This document shows positions 29,942 through 39,646 of a stretch of DNA of 64,000 nt, piece after piece; the stretch's first letter is position 1, and each line of letters opens with the position of its first letter. The notes beneath the pieces were generated by a model, which ran no database searches, was not told the DNA's origin, and saw only the letters and a list, made by a program, of their open reading frames with translations. Source of the stretch: Verrucomicrobiales bacterium (GTDB lineage Bacteria > Verrucomicrobiota > Verrucomicrobiia > Limisphaerales > J093); contig JBBIVJ010000001.1 of NCBI GenBank assembly GCA_037439785.1, positions 33,114 to 97,113 on the forward strand, in the 5' to 3' direction. A program made the translations under genes and the position numbers.

Positions 29942-31237
29942 TCACCCCTCCAGCCGCCAGGGCGGGCGCATGGGGCGGACCTGGCGGAGCTGGTTGGCGG
30001 TGTCGTCGCCGAGGAACTCCTCCCGCTCGGGGTCCCAGCGGAGTTTGCGCCCCAGTTTGAGGGCGATGTTGGCCAGGTGACAGACGGTGGAGACGCGATG
30101 GCCGATGTCCACCGGGAAGTACGGGTCCTTCCGGCTTTTGACGCACTGGAGGAAGTCGTGGTGTTCGCCCCGGGGGTTGGTGTAGAGGCGGGTTTCCTCC
30201 GGGCCGAGCCGGGCGTTTTTAATGGCGTCGGAGCTGGCCTGGAGTTCGCTGCGCCAGCCGGTGTTGCCCACCCAGCCCTCGGTACCGATGAACTTGATGC
30301 TGGGGTTGCCCGGCCGGCAGGTCATGACCACGCCGTTGGCGTAGCGGAAGGTCACGTCGTAATCCTTGACCGTGTTGTAGAGGCCGCCGCTCCAGAAGGT
30401 GCCGGTGCCCTCGATCTCGACCGGCCCGCTGCGCTCGACGTCCAGCGCCCACTGGGCGGTGTCGAACAGGTGTGTACCCCAGTCGGGGATGATGCCGCCC
30501 GAGTAATCCTCGATCCAGCGGAAGTTGAAGTGCACGCGGTCCCGGCTGTAGGGCGCCCAAGGGGCGGGGCCGAGCCAGAGGTCCCAGTCCAGGTCAGGCG
30601 GCACCGGCTGGGGGGTGGGGTCACCGGGGACGGTGGGTTGTCTGGGCAGGATGACCTCGACGCGCCGGACGCGGCCGATGCGGCCGTTGCGGACCAGTTC
30701 GGCCATGCGGTGGTACACGGGGATGGAACGGTCCTCGGTGCTGGTCTGGAACACGCGCCCGCGTTGCCGGACCTCGCGGATCAGGATTTTGCCCTCGTCA
30801 ATGGTGAGGGTGGGTTTTTCGCACTGCACGTCCTTGCCGGCGCGCAGGGCCAGCACGCTCATCAGGGTGTGCCAGTGGTCGGGGGTGGAGATCATCACCG
30901 CGTCCAGGTCCGGCCGGGCGAGCACCTCGCGGAAGTCCCTGCTCATGGCGCAGTCGGTGGCCTGGTACTGCTCGTCCACGATCTGCTTGGCGCGGCGCAT
31001 CCGGGCGCCGTCCACGTCGCACACCACGCGCACGCGGCAGAGGTCGCGCAGTTCGAGGTAGCGGCGGAGGTTCCAGCCGGTGCCGTGGTCACCGGTGCCG
31101 ATGAAGCCGACGTTGATGAGGTTGCCGGGGGCGGCGGCGCCCAGGAGCCGGGCGGGGAGAATCTGGGGCAGGCCGAGCGCAGCGGCGGCCAGTACGCCGG
31201 AGCGCAGGAAGGCGCGGCGGGCCAGGGGAGTGTTCAT
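29942..31237 (-). CDS. Gfo/Idh/MocA-family oxidoreductase with a twin-arginine signal
   Basis: MNTPLARRAFLRSGVLAAAALG (TAT motif), Rossmann motif VGFIGTGDHG, and a typical Gfo/Idh/MocA C-terminal domain. Confidence 0.85.
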   Translation of the reverse strand: MNTPLARRAFLRSGVLAAAALGLPQILPARLLGAAAPGNLINVGFIGTGDHGTGWNLRRYLELRDLCRVRVVCDVDGARMRRAKQIVDEQYQATDCAMSRDFREVLARPDLDAVMISTPDHWHTLMSVLALRAGKDVQCEKPTLTIDEGKILIREVRQRGRVFQTSTEDRSIPVYHRMAELVRNGRIGRVRRVEVILPRQPTVPGDPTPQPVPPDLDWDLWLGPAPWAPYSRDRVHFNFRWIEDYSGGIIPDWGTHLFDTAQWALDVERSGPVEIEGTGTFWSGGLYNTVKDYDVTFRYANGVVMTCRPGNPSIKFIGTEGWVGNTGWRSELQASSDAIKNARLGPEETRLYTNPRGEHHDFLQCVKSRKDPYFPVDIGHRVSTVCHLANIALKLGRKLRWDPEREEFLGDDTANQLRQVRPMRPPWRLEG

Positions 31238-31276
31238 GGGCCGAGGCTAACGCCGGGGTGGCCGGAGTTCAGCCTC

Positions 31277-31319
31277 AAAAAAAACCTGCTGCCGCCCCCG
31301 TCCTTTGAGGGGAGGGCAG
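31277..31319 (-). terminator. rho-independent terminator downstream of tig
   Basis: Imperfect GC-rich hairpin (31289-31319: 5 bp, a 2-nt mismatch, then 4 bp). On the minus strand it is followed by a T8 run (A8 at 31277-31284). It lies 37 nt after the tig stop. Confidence 0.55.
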
Positions 31320-31355
31320 GGGTCTGGCCGGCGGGTGTTCGCCGGGAGGCGGGGC

Positions 31356-32669
31356 TCAGACTGCAGCGGCGGGCACTTCCTCGATGGCCGCCCTGCTTTC
31401 GAGGAGGTCGAGCACCTTGGCGTTGAGCAACTGCTGATGGAGCTCGCCCAGTTCGCCGGATTCCTGCATTTCCTTGACCAGCTTTTCCGGCTTCACGCCG
31501 CGCTGGGTGGCCAGGTGCACAATCTGGCGGGTCAGTTCTTCGCGGGAGACGGTGATTTTTTCCGCCTCGGCAATGCGGCGGAGGAGGAAGGTGATTTTGA
31601 GGCGGTCGCGGGCGGTGAGCTGGGCGGCCTGGTAAATCTCGTCCTTCTGCCGGTCAATGGCCTCCTTGGGCACGCCGCGGTCGGCGTTGGCCTTGACGAT
31701 GTCGTACACGGCGCCGCGGGTCTCGGCTTCGAGCAGGGACTCGGGCAGGTCCAGGCGCACGCGGCCCAGGAGGGTGGCGATGAGCTGATTGCGGGTGTCG
31801 CGCTTGAGTTTGGCGCGCAGCTCGTTTTCGAGGTCCCGGCGGACACCCTGGCGGAGCTGCTCGAGGCTTTCGGCACCGTAGGCACGGGCCAGATTTTCGT
31901 CCACCGGCGGCAGGCGCTTTTCCTTCACCTGCACGATCTCCACCTCGTACACCCCCGGCCGGCCGGCCAGCTCGCGGGAGACAAAGTCCGGCGGGAAGGT
32001 GACGGTGACGGTGCGCCGCTCCCCGCGGACTGCGCCAATCAACTGGTCGGTGAAGCCGGGAATGAAGTGCTGGGTCTCGACGTGCAGCCAGAAGTCCTTT
32101 TGCGTGGTCAAGCCGCGGGCGGTGGGCGCGAAGTCGGTCAGCGGGCGGCCCTCGCTGGTGGCGGTGTAGTTCACCACCACGTAGTCGCCGGACTGCACCG
32201 GGCGGTCCACGTCCACAAACTCCGCGCGCTGCTCGCGCAGGACGTCCAGGGCCCGGGCCACGTCATCCTCGGTGACCTCCCGTTTCTCGCGGCGCACCGG
32301 CAGGCCGGCGTAATCGGGCAGCTCGAACTGCGGTTCGACCTCGACCTGGGCGGCGAAGACCAGGGGTTCACCGGGCGCGAACTGGACCTCCTCGATTTCC
32401 GGGGAGGTGACCGGGGTGAGGTGATGCTCCTCCAGCGCCTTGCGGTAGCTGTCGTTGATGAGTTTGTGCTTGGTCTCCTCGGCGATGCGCTCCGCGAACT
32501 GGCGTTCGACCAGGTGACGGGGGGCTTTGCCGGGGCGGAAGCCGGGCAGCCGCACCTGACGGACAAAATCCGCCGTCACCTCCGCCCGGACGCGGTCCAC
32601 TTCCGCCGCGCTCACTTCCACCCGCAGCAGTTTTTTGCACGGGCCCAGTTCTTGTATTGTCGTGCTCAC
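31356..32669 (-). CDS. tig: trigger factor
   Basis: 437 aa, GTG start. The N-terminal ribosome-binding signature GFRPGKAP is present, with an FKBP-like middle domain and a C-terminal arm region. Confidence 0.95.
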   Translation of the reverse strand: MSTTIQELGPCKKLLRVEVSAAEVDRVRAEVTADFVRQVRLPGFRPGKAPRHLVERQFAERIAEETKHKLINDSYRKALEEHHLTPVTSPEIEEVQFAPGEPLVFAAQVEVEPQFELPDYAGLPVRREKREVTEDDVARALDVLREQRAEFVDVDRPVQSGDYVVVNYTATSEGRPLTDFAPTARGLTTQKDFWLHVETQHFIPGFTDQLIGAVRGERRTVTVTFPPDFVSRELAGRPGVYEVEIVQVKEKRLPPVDENLARAYGAESLEQLRQGVRRDLENELRAKLKRDTRNQLIATLLGRVRLDLPESLLEAETRGAVYDIVKANADRGVPKEAIDRQKDEIYQAAQLTARDRLKITFLLRRIAEAEKITVSREELTRQIVHLATQRGVKPEKLVKEMQESGELGELHQQLLNAKVLDLLESRAAIEEVPAAAV

Positions 32670-32850
32670 GAGCTTGCCACTGACCGGGTGCGGCCGCGGG
32701 CTGAGACGAACCCCGCCCGCCCGGACGAACCCCAGAAGCCCGGCAGGCTAGGAATCCCCCCCACGACCGTCAAGCGCCGCAGCCGTCCCGCCGGCCGCTG
32801 GCGGCCATTTTGCCGTTGCGCGGGGCGGCGTTCGCGGCTGAGCTGGAGCC

Positions 32851-33684
32851 GTGTCCGCCCGCGATGGAAACTGTCTGCCCGTGCTGGCCGCACTGGCGCT
32901 GAGCACCGTCCCGCTGGCCCAAGCCGGCTCGCCCGCCGCCGAGGCCCCCGCGGTGACCATCCGCCCCGAGCCGCGAACCGACCGCAACTCCCAGGCCGCA
33001 CACGCCCAGCTCCTGGCCAAGGCGAAGCAGGGGCGGATTGACCTGTATTTTGTGGGGGACTCGATCACCCGGCGCTGGGGGTGCAGCGACCCCCAGTACC
33101 GGGACCTGTACGCCCACTGGCGGGCGCAGTTCTTCGGTTGGAACGCGGCCAACTTCGGGTGGGGCGGGGACACCGTGCAGAACGTGCTTTGGCGGATGGA
33201 AAACGGGGAGCTGGCCGGCGTCCACCCCAGGGTCATCGTGCTGCTGGCCGGCACCAACAATCTGAAGCCCGGGGAGGTTGGCGAAGCGGCGGAACGCCGG
33301 GTCCGGGAAGTGGTGGCCGGCATTCGTGCCCTGCTGGAGTCGCTGCAGCGTCAGGCACCGGCGGCCACCATCGTGCTCATGGGACTGTTGCCGCGCAACG
33401 ATCCCCCCGCAGGCGACACGCTGAATCCCACCATTGTCCGGATCAACGAAGCTCTCGCCCGCCTGGCCGATGGCCGGCGGGTGCGTTACCTGAACATCAA
33501 CTCCCGCCTCACCGACCCCGAGGGCCGGCTGCTGCCGGGCATGACGGTGGACGGTCTGCACCTGTCGGTGAAGGGCTACCAGGTGTGGGCGGAGGCGCTG
33601 AAACCGATCCTGACCGAGGTGCTCGGTCCGCCCGCGGACACTGACCTGGCCCCGCCACCTACCGGCGATCCCGGCCTGCGCTGA
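32851..33684 (+). CDS. SGNH/GDSL hydrolase, secreted
   Basis: Block I FVGDSITRRWG, block III LLAGTNNL, block V DGLHLS. Signal-like N-terminus, GTG start. Confidence 0.8.
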   Translation: MSARDGNCLPVLAALALSTVPLAQAGSPAAEAPAVTIRPEPRTDRNSQAAHAQLLAKAKQGRIDLYFVGDSITRRWGCSDPQYRDLYAHWRAQFFGWNAANFGWGGDTVQNVLWRMENGELAGVHPRVIVLLAGTNNLKPGEVGEAAERRVREVVAGIRALLESLQRQAPAATIVLMGLLPRNDPPAGDTLNPTIVRINEALARLADGRRVRYLNINSRLTDPEGRLLPGMTVDGLHLSVKGYQVWAEALKPILTEVLGPPADTDLAPPPTGDPGLR

Positions 33685-33798
33685 GCGCCGGCAGGGGAAC
33701 CGGCGGAGGCCCCTGCTCCGCCGGCCCGAGGCCGGGGGTCGCGTGCACCGGCGGCGGGCGACGGTGCGGGCTTGCTTTGGGGGCGGAAGGGGGCTGCA

Positions 33799-34662
33799 AT
33801 GGGCCGGTCATTTACCCTCAACACGCATCCGGCCATGGGCAAAGTCTATTTCGGCATCAACCTCGAGTTTGTGCGGCACGCCGACAAACCTTTCGAGTGG
33901 GGCGTACAGAAGGCGGCGGAACTGGGCTACACCCACGTCGAGCCGATGGTGCACTGGGGGCGGGAGCTGCTCAGCGAGGCCGGCTATTTTCACAGCGTCT
34001 CGATGCTCGACGACCCGTTGCGGGTGAAGCGGGCGTGCGAGCGGGCCGGGGTCCGGCTTTCCGGGCTCTCGGCCCACACGCCGCTGACCAAGCCGGAGAT
34101 CGGCGTGGAATACCTTAAACAGGCCATCCGCTTCGCCGCCGAGTGCGGCGCCCCCGGGGTCAACACCGACGAGGGCCCCAAGCAGCCGTGGACCACCGAG
34201 GCCGAAGACATGACCTTGATCCGGTACACGCTCAACGAAGCGGCCCGGGTGGCGGAGCCGCGCGGCATCTGGATCGGCCTGGAATGCCACCAGCAATACA
34301 GCCGGAGTCCCGAAGGGCTGGACCGCCTGTACCGGCTGGTGAAAAGCCCGGCCCTTGGCATCAACTTCGACACCGGCAACGCGTTCCTCTGCGGCCATGA
34401 CCCGCTGCGGTGGTTGCGGCGGGTGGCCAGGCGGCTGGTGCACCTGCACGCCAAGGACATCTCGGTCGAGCACGCCCGGGCCGAACGCGGCAAGGTCACC
34501 GGCACGCCGGTGGGCTGCGCCTGCGGGGATGGGGTGGTGGACTGGGGCCGGGTCACTGCCCTGCTCCGGCGCGAGTGCCCGCGCGACATCGTCCTGTCCG
34601 TCGAGTGCGGCACCATCGAGCAGGCGGAGCGTTCCATCCGGCATCTGCGGAGCCTGGTGTGA
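33799..34662 (+). CDS. sugar phosphate isomerase/epimerase (xylose isomerase-like TIM barrel)
   Basis: ATG at 33799 preceded by GGAAGGGGG (the track starts at TTG 33772). Typical AP-endonuclease-2/xylose-isomerase-like pattern (GYTHVE, LECHQ, NFDTGN, HLHAKD). Confidence 0.8.
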   Translation: MGRSFTLNTHPAMGKVYFGINLEFVRHADKPFEWGVQKAAELGYTHVEPMVHWGRELLSEAGYFHSVSMLDDPLRVKRACERAGVRLSGLSAHTPLTKPEIGVEYLKQAIRFAAECGAPGVNTDEGPKQPWTTEAEDMTLIRYTLNEAARVAEPRGIWIGLECHQQYSRSPEGLDRLYRLVKSPALGINFDTGNAFLCGHDPLRWLRRVARRLVHLHAKDISVEHARAERGKVTGTPVGCACGDGVVDWGRVTALLRRECPRDIVLSVECGTIEQAERSIRHLRSLV

Positions 34663-34807
34663 GCGTCGGCACCCGCCGCCTCCGGCCCCCGAGCGCCCGC
34701 CGAACATATCGCCACCCGCCCGGGTGGCCGGTGGAGGGGGGCAAAGCCGCCCGGGGCAGCGAAGGCTGTTTGTTGCGGTGGGAAACGCCGGGAAAAGGCC
34801 CCGCCAC

Positions 34808-35200
34808 TCAGGGGGTCAGATGCCAGGCCACGAAACCTTGCAACACGGCGAGCAGGACAAGGGCGGTCCACGTCAGGGCTTCGCGCAGCCGCAGGTCGGG
34901 CTGTTGGACCGGCGCCAGCCAGAACTGAAGACGCACGTCCCCAAGCTGGAGGAGGTCGCCCTGGCGCAGGGTCACAGGCTGCGGCACTTCGGCGTCGTTG
35001 ACACGGAGCGAGGCCGGGGGGTGAACGCGGAGCTGGAACCGGCGCTCCGGGGACCGTTCCAGGACTGCGTGTTGGTCCCAGACACCCGGTGCCTCGAGGC
35101 GCAGGTCGCACGAGGCCGTCCGCCCAATCTGGAAGGGGAAACGGGGGACGCGGGTTTCCTGGCCGGCCAAGGGACCCGTGAGGTGGTGCAGGAGCACCAT
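34808..35200 (-). CDS. FHA-domain protein with a C-terminal membrane anchor
   Basis: An internal ATG (Met34) gives 130 aa. FQIGRTASCDLRL ... DQHAVLER ... LRVNDAEV ... LRQGDLLQLGDVRLQF is an FHA-like pattern, followed by one hydrophobic helix. It lies 14 nt after the Wza-like gene. Confidence 0.65.
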   Translation of the reverse strand: MVLLHHLTGPLAGQETRVPRFPFQIGRTASCDLRLEAPGVWDQHAVLERSPERRFQLRVHPPASLRVNDAEVPQPVTLRQGDLLQLGDVRLQFWLAPVQQPDLRLREALTWTALVLLAVLQGFVAWHLTP

Positions 35201-35214
35201 GCCGCCACCCCGGC

Positions 35215-35838
35215 TCACCAGAACTTCCGCTTCACCAGGATGCTGTCGCCGGGATAGATGGGGAGGTCGTAACGCGGGTCCTCCTCGGCGCGCTTGCAAT
35301 TGACGGTGATCTTTTTGCCGCCGGGCCGGATGAGGGTGACGTTGCGGCGATTGGCGAATTCGGTGAAACCGCCGGCCACGCTGACGGCACTGCGGACGGT
35401 CATTTCGCCGGTGAAGGCATACCGGCCGGGCATCCGGACCTGCCCGTCCACGTAGATGAACCGCTCCTCGGTTTCCACCACGACGGTGGCGCGGTTGTAG
35501 TACTTGGGGACGTAGGCCCTGCGGATTTCTTCCTGGAGCTCGTTCTTGAGCTTGCCGGCGGCCACCACCTCCACGTCCAGGGGCAACTGGATGGTCCCGT
35601 TCTCCCGCACCTGCTGCTGGTGGGTGTAGGGGCGCGGGATGTCGGTGATGTACACCGTGATCTTTTCGCCCACCCGGATGCGGTCAATCGAGGCATCGGC
35701 CGGCGGAGGCGCCCCGGTTCCCTGGGGCGGGGAATCGGCCGGCGGCGGCGTGCTGCAACCGGGTCCACCAAAGACCAGTCCCCACACCACCACGCAGCCC
35801 AGCACACCGAGGCGAACCCAGGAACGGAGGCACTTCAT
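35215..35838 (-). CDS. polysaccharide export lipoprotein (Wza/Poly_export plus SLBB-like)
   Basis: An internal ATG (MKCLRSW...). Lipobox-like GGPGC. IRVGEKITVYI ... ENGTIQLPL ... VDGQVRMPGRYAF ... IYPGDSILV. Confidence 0.8.
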   Translation of the reverse strand: MKCLRSWVRLGVLGCVVVWGLVFGGPGCSTPPPADSPPQGTGAPPPADASIDRIRVGEKITVYITDIPRPYTHQQQVRENGTIQLPLDVEVVAAGKLKNELQEEIRRAYVPKYYNRATVVVETEERFIYVDGQVRMPGRYAFTGEMTVRSAVSVAGGFTEFANRRNVTLIRPGGKKITVNCKRAEEDPRYDLPIYPGDSILVKRKFW

Positions 35839-35878
35839 GGTCGGCGAGTATAGCGAGGAAAGTGGGCGGGGCAACAGG

Positions 35879-38089
35879 CTATTTCTTGGCCACGAGCGTG
35901 GCGGAATCGGCCGGGGCAGGTTCCTTCTTTTTCCCGTCGGGGGATGTCGCCTTGTTTTCTGGATCGGATTCCTTGTTCTTCGAGTAGTAATCGTAGTAGT
36001 AACCGCTGTAATAGTAGTAGTAGGAATCCTGGGAGATGTTGATGTTGTTCAAGACCACGCCGAGCAGGGTTCCCCCCACCTTTTCCACGGTCTGCTTGGC
36101 CCGCAGGGTCATGGTCTGGGGATACTTGCGGTACTGGACTACCAGGATCGCCAGGTCGACCTCGCTGGCCAGGATCGAGGCGTCGCTGACGCCCATGATC
36201 GGCGGCGAGTCAAAAAAGACGAAGTCGTAGCGTGACTTGACCTCCCGGATGAAATCCTTCATGCGCTGGGAGCTGAGAATGCCCAGGGAGCTGCTGGGCA
36301 GCTTGCCACTGGGCAGGAAGTCCAGGAGCGGGTTCTTGGTGGTTTGGATGACCTCTTCGAGGCTGGCCTGCTTGAGCAGGTAGTTGGTCAGGCCGACGCT
36401 GTTGGAGACCTTGAGGAACTTGTGCAGGGTGGGCCGGCGCAGGTCCGAGTCCACCACTAGCACGCGCTGGCCTTGTTGGGCAAAGACCGTGGCCAGGTTG
36501 CAGATGGTGGTCGTTTTGCCCTCCCCCGCCCCGCCACTGACAACGGTCAGGGAGTTGGCTTCCGGCCGCTTGCGCGAGAACAGGACGTTGGTGCGCAGGA
36601 CGCGGTACGCCTCGGCATGGGGACTGTCGGGGCCCTGCTCGAGGAGGTGGCCCACGTTTTGCGGAATGACGCCCAAGACCGGCGCCTGCAGCGCGCGCTC
36701 GACGTCGTCAATGGTCTTCACGCTGGTGTCCAGGTACTCGATGAAGAAGGCGAGCCCCACGCCCATGACCAGGCCGAAAACCGCCCCCAGGGCGAGGTTC
36801 AGCATGAGATTGGGCCGGACGGGCCGGAGCGCCGGCTCGGCACGGTCCACCACGGTGACAATGGACTCGGACGGGATCTTGGCATCGAATTTTTCCTGCA
36901 AGGTGCGCAGGTAAAGGGCATCGTACACCCGCTCCTCCTTCTCGAGGTCGCTTTTGAGGGCGTAATAATCCCTTTGCTCCTCGGCTTCCTGGGCCACTTT
37001 CCGTTTGCCCTCCTCCACCCGCTGCTGTAAGGCTTCGTAGCGTTTTTCAAGGGATTTCACCTGAGCCTCCAGCCCCATCATGATTCCCTGAATGCGCTGG
37101 TTGACCTGCTGCTCAATGGCATCGCGCACCGCCTGGGTGGTCTTAACCTCCGGATGCTGGGGGGAATAATCCGCGAGCAGCTTGGCCAGCATCTGGTCGG
37201 TGGTGGCCAGGTCCCGGAGCAGGTTGGGCAGCACATCCTCTCCCGGCACGGCGGTGAGGATGGCCTTCCGGAGTTCATCGGCGGGCAACTGCTTGAGGGA
37301 ATCGTACTTTTCCTTCAGGCCGGTGTATTCGCCCAGGCTGTAGGCCAGTTGCGTGGCGAGGGAGGTGGCCATTTCGCGCTCGAGGGAGGTCGAGTAGCTG
37401 ACCCGCTCGCCCGCCCCTTCGGGGATGCTGAGCCTGGTGCGCAGTTCGTCCACCCGCCGGCGCAGGGCGGCGACACGGTTGCTCTGGCTGGCGAGTTCGG
37501 CCTCGAGCACCTCGATGCCCTTGTAGGTTTCCTCCATCCGGTTGGTCAATCGCCAGCTCTTGTAGGTCAGGGCGATCTGGTTGGCGATGTGGGCGGCCTC
37601 GACCTCGTTTCGGTTGAAGACCCGGATTTCGATAAGGCTGCTGTTGCGGGTCTGGCGCACGGCCAGGTTCCGGCGCAGCATCTGGAAGGTCAGTTGCCGG
37701 GCCTTGTCCAGGGTAATGGGCTCACCTTCGGGGTTGTAAAACTTGGCCCATTTTTCGTGCAGCATCAGGTTGGTGATGACCGGGTACAGGATGGCGCTGG
37801 ACTGGATTTTCTCGAATTCGGTGGTGATGAAGTACGGGTCGTAGGGCTGCTGGACCTGGGTGCGCCCCAGTGGATCAATGGCCTTGGTCTCCTTGCCGAC
37901 CTCGATCCGGGCCACGCTGGCGTAGGTGGGGGTGAGCATCATGGTGACCCCGACGGTGGTCAGCACGATCAGCAGGAAGACCATCAGGATCACGGTCTTG
38001 CGTATACGGATGATCCGCCAGTAATCCAGGAAATGGAGGGGCGAATCTTGGGAGGTGGCGGCCGGCGCGGCGGTTTTAACGGCTTCCAT
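35879..38089 (-). CDS. polysaccharide co-polymerase / tyrosine autokinase (Wzc/GumC-like BY-kinase)
   Basis: 736 aa. N-terminal Wzz-type TM plus coiled-coil periplasmic domain. Walker A GGAGEGKTT, A' VLVVDSDLRRP, Walker B FVFFDSPP. C-terminal tyrosine cluster YYYYYSGYYYDYY. Confidence 0.9.
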   Translation of the reverse strand: MEAVKTAAPAATSQDSPLHFLDYWRIIRIRKTVILMVFLLIVLTTVGVTMMLTPTYASVARIEVGKETKAIDPLGRTQVQQPYDPYFITTEFEKIQSSAILYPVITNLMLHEKWAKFYNPEGEPITLDKARQLTFQMLRRNLAVRQTRNSSLIEIRVFNRNEVEAAHIANQIALTYKSWRLTNRMEETYKGIEVLEAELASQSNRVAALRRRVDELRTRLSIPEGAGERVSYSTSLEREMATSLATQLAYSLGEYTGLKEKYDSLKQLPADELRKAILTAVPGEDVLPNLLRDLATTDQMLAKLLADYSPQHPEVKTTQAVRDAIEQQVNQRIQGIMMGLEAQVKSLEKRYEALQQRVEEGKRKVAQEAEEQRDYYALKSDLEKEERVYDALYLRTLQEKFDAKIPSESIVTVVDRAEPALRPVRPNLMLNLALGAVFGLVMGVGLAFFIEYLDTSVKTIDDVERALQAPVLGVIPQNVGHLLEQGPDSPHAEAYRVLRTNVLFSRKRPEANSLTVVSGGAGEGKTTTICNLATVFAQQGQRVLVVDSDLRRPTLHKFLKVSNSVGLTNYLLKQASLEEVIQTTKNPLLDFLPSGKLPSSSLGILSSQRMKDFIREVKSRYDFVFFDSPPIMGVSDASILASEVDLAILVVQYRKYPQTMTLRAKQTVEKVGGTLLGVVLNNINISQDSYYYYYSGYYYDYYSKNKESDPENKATSPDGKKKEPAPADSATLVAKK

Positions 38090-38094
38090 GCTTC

Positions 38095-38129
38095 AAAAAT
38101 AAAAGGAGGCTAGTAAATACCTAGCCTCC
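38095..38129 (-). terminator. intercistronic hairpin plus U-tract (terminator/attenuator) between the OMP gene and the wzc-like gene
   Basis: Perfect 9-bp stem ggaggctag/ctagcctcc (38105-38113 and 38121-38129) with a 7-nt loop. On the minus strand it is followed by TTTTATTTTT (38095-38104), only 5 nt before the ATG at 38089. Confidence 0.6.
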
Positions 38130-38158
38130 GGCGATTCTGCAAGGGGCAAATCGGGAAA

Positions 38159-39409
38159 TCAGTACGTGGCCCGCAAGCCGATGAAGGCGCGGTGACGGGT
38201 GTAGCCGCGGATGGCGATGTCCGAATCGAGCTTGTCGTACAGGTAACCCGCATCCACTGCCAGGTACTCGTTGAGCTGGTAGATCAGCGAGGCGTCGGCC
38301 GCGTAGTAGTTATCCCACTCGTCGTTGTAGCCGAGCCCCTGGCCGACGTATTGCAGCATCTGCCACTGCCCGCGAATCTGGGCGGTCAGCTTCTCCGTCA
38401 GCCGGTGGCTCAGGCCCACGTAGAACGTGGTGGAATCGGTCGCCAGGGTGACGCCCGTGTAGCTCTGGTCAATCGCGATGTCGGTGGAGACGAACCCGGA
38501 TTTCACCCCCGCCTGCAGGCGGGAGCCCTCGGCGTAGCGATAACCCAGCGCCGCGTCCGCATAGGGCCGGATGTGGTCGTCATCCGCGTTGGTGAAGTCC
38601 GCGAGCTGGGCCCCCACCCGCACCTGGGCGTCCAACTGCGGATTGAACTCGTGGTTCAGGCCCACGAACGCGAAGTGGCTGTGGTAATCCCGGAAATCGG
38701 ACCGCGGTCCCGAGGCACCGGCCAGGAATTCATCCGCCGTGTAGGTGGTGTAGCCGAACGAGTAACCGAGCAGGGCCGTGGTGACCGGCTGGAGCATGCG
38801 CCGGAAGTCCACCGTCGCCTTGTGCTCGATGCGGTCCAGCAGGGCCGAGCGGCTGCCCGGACCGTCCTCCTCGTAGTCGTAGAACGTGTTCTCGTAGCCC
38901 ACCCGGAAGCCCCAATACTCGGTGAAGTTGCCCAGCAGGCCGATGCCGGCGTAGTTGCGGAGGTTGTTGCCCTCGGTCCGCACGAAGGTGGCCGCCTGGC
39001 CCTCGCCCACCATGGGTTCATCGGTGTAGGCGAAGGTGTCGTACAGTTCCAGCCGATACCGCTCGTTGAAGGTGTGCGCCAGGTTCAACGTGGCCGCGTG
39101 GTACATGTCCAACTCGTCATCCTTGCGGGCCTCGTACCAGCGGAGATCAAAATCGTAGCGCAGGTTCAAGGTGGTTTGGTCCCGGAACAAGTTGGCTCCG
39201 ATGGATGGCGCCACAGACACCCCGAAGCTTTCTTCCTTTTTGAAGAGGCTGCCCGAGTCCGGCACCGTGTTGTAGTTGTCGTCGTAAAAACCCCGAAGTT
39301 TGGCGGAAACACTCCAGGGCTTGCTCAGCGAAGGTTCCCCAACCGGCTGGGCGTCCAAGTTGACAATCCCGACGGCGGCAAGTCCGGCACAGGTGATGAG
39401 GCTTTTCAT
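38159..39409 (-). CDS. outer-membrane beta-barrel protein of the exopolysaccharide export operon
   Basis: Signal peptide (MKSLITCAGLAAVGIVNLDA). Alternating-residue beta-strand pattern rich in Y/D/N. Ends ...FIGLRATY with a C-terminal aromatic. First gene of the co-directional export block. Confidence 0.75.
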   Translation of the reverse strand: MKSLITCAGLAAVGIVNLDAQPVGEPSLSKPWSVSAKLRGFYDDNYNTVPDSGSLFKKEESFGVSVAPSIGANLFRDQTTLNLRYDFDLRWYEARKDDELDMYHAATLNLAHTFNERYRLELYDTFAYTDEPMVGEGQAATFVRTEGNNLRNYAGIGLLGNFTEYWGFRVGYENTFYDYEEDGPGSRSALLDRIEHKATVDFRRMLQPVTTALLGYSFGYTTYTADEFLAGASGPRSDFRDYHSHFAFVGLNHEFNPQLDAQVRVGAQLADFTNADDDHIRPYADAALGYRYAEGSRLQAGVKSGFVSTDIAIDQSYTGVTLATDSTTFYVGLSHRLTEKLTAQIRGQWQMLQYVGQGLGYNDEWDNYYAADASLIYQLNEYLAVDAGYLYDKLDSDIAIRGYTRHRAFIGLRATY

Positions 39410-39646
39410 AAAATCGTTGGCGATTCGGTGTTTGTCCGGGGTGCAATGCGTGTCAATCCGTGCGGCTTTCTACGCACGGCGCAAGGGGTTGTCAAACAGA
39501 AATCTCGAAGTTTTTTTTTGAAGCCCTCCCCGACGGCGCTCCGCAACGGCCCACAAGCGGTTTGGAGCCCGGTTTTCCGAACGATTTGTGCCCTCCAACC
39601 CCCTGCACGCTTGCACAGGGCGACCCGATCCGATACCTCGTCCTCC

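Noticed and set aside
38192-39646. N-terminal 485 aa of the 756-aa plus-strand track ORF
   Set aside because: This part is antisense to the outer-membrane barrel gene and crosses the AT-richer promoter spacer. Only the segment from the ATG at 39647 (signal peptide plus DUF1080 domain) looks real.
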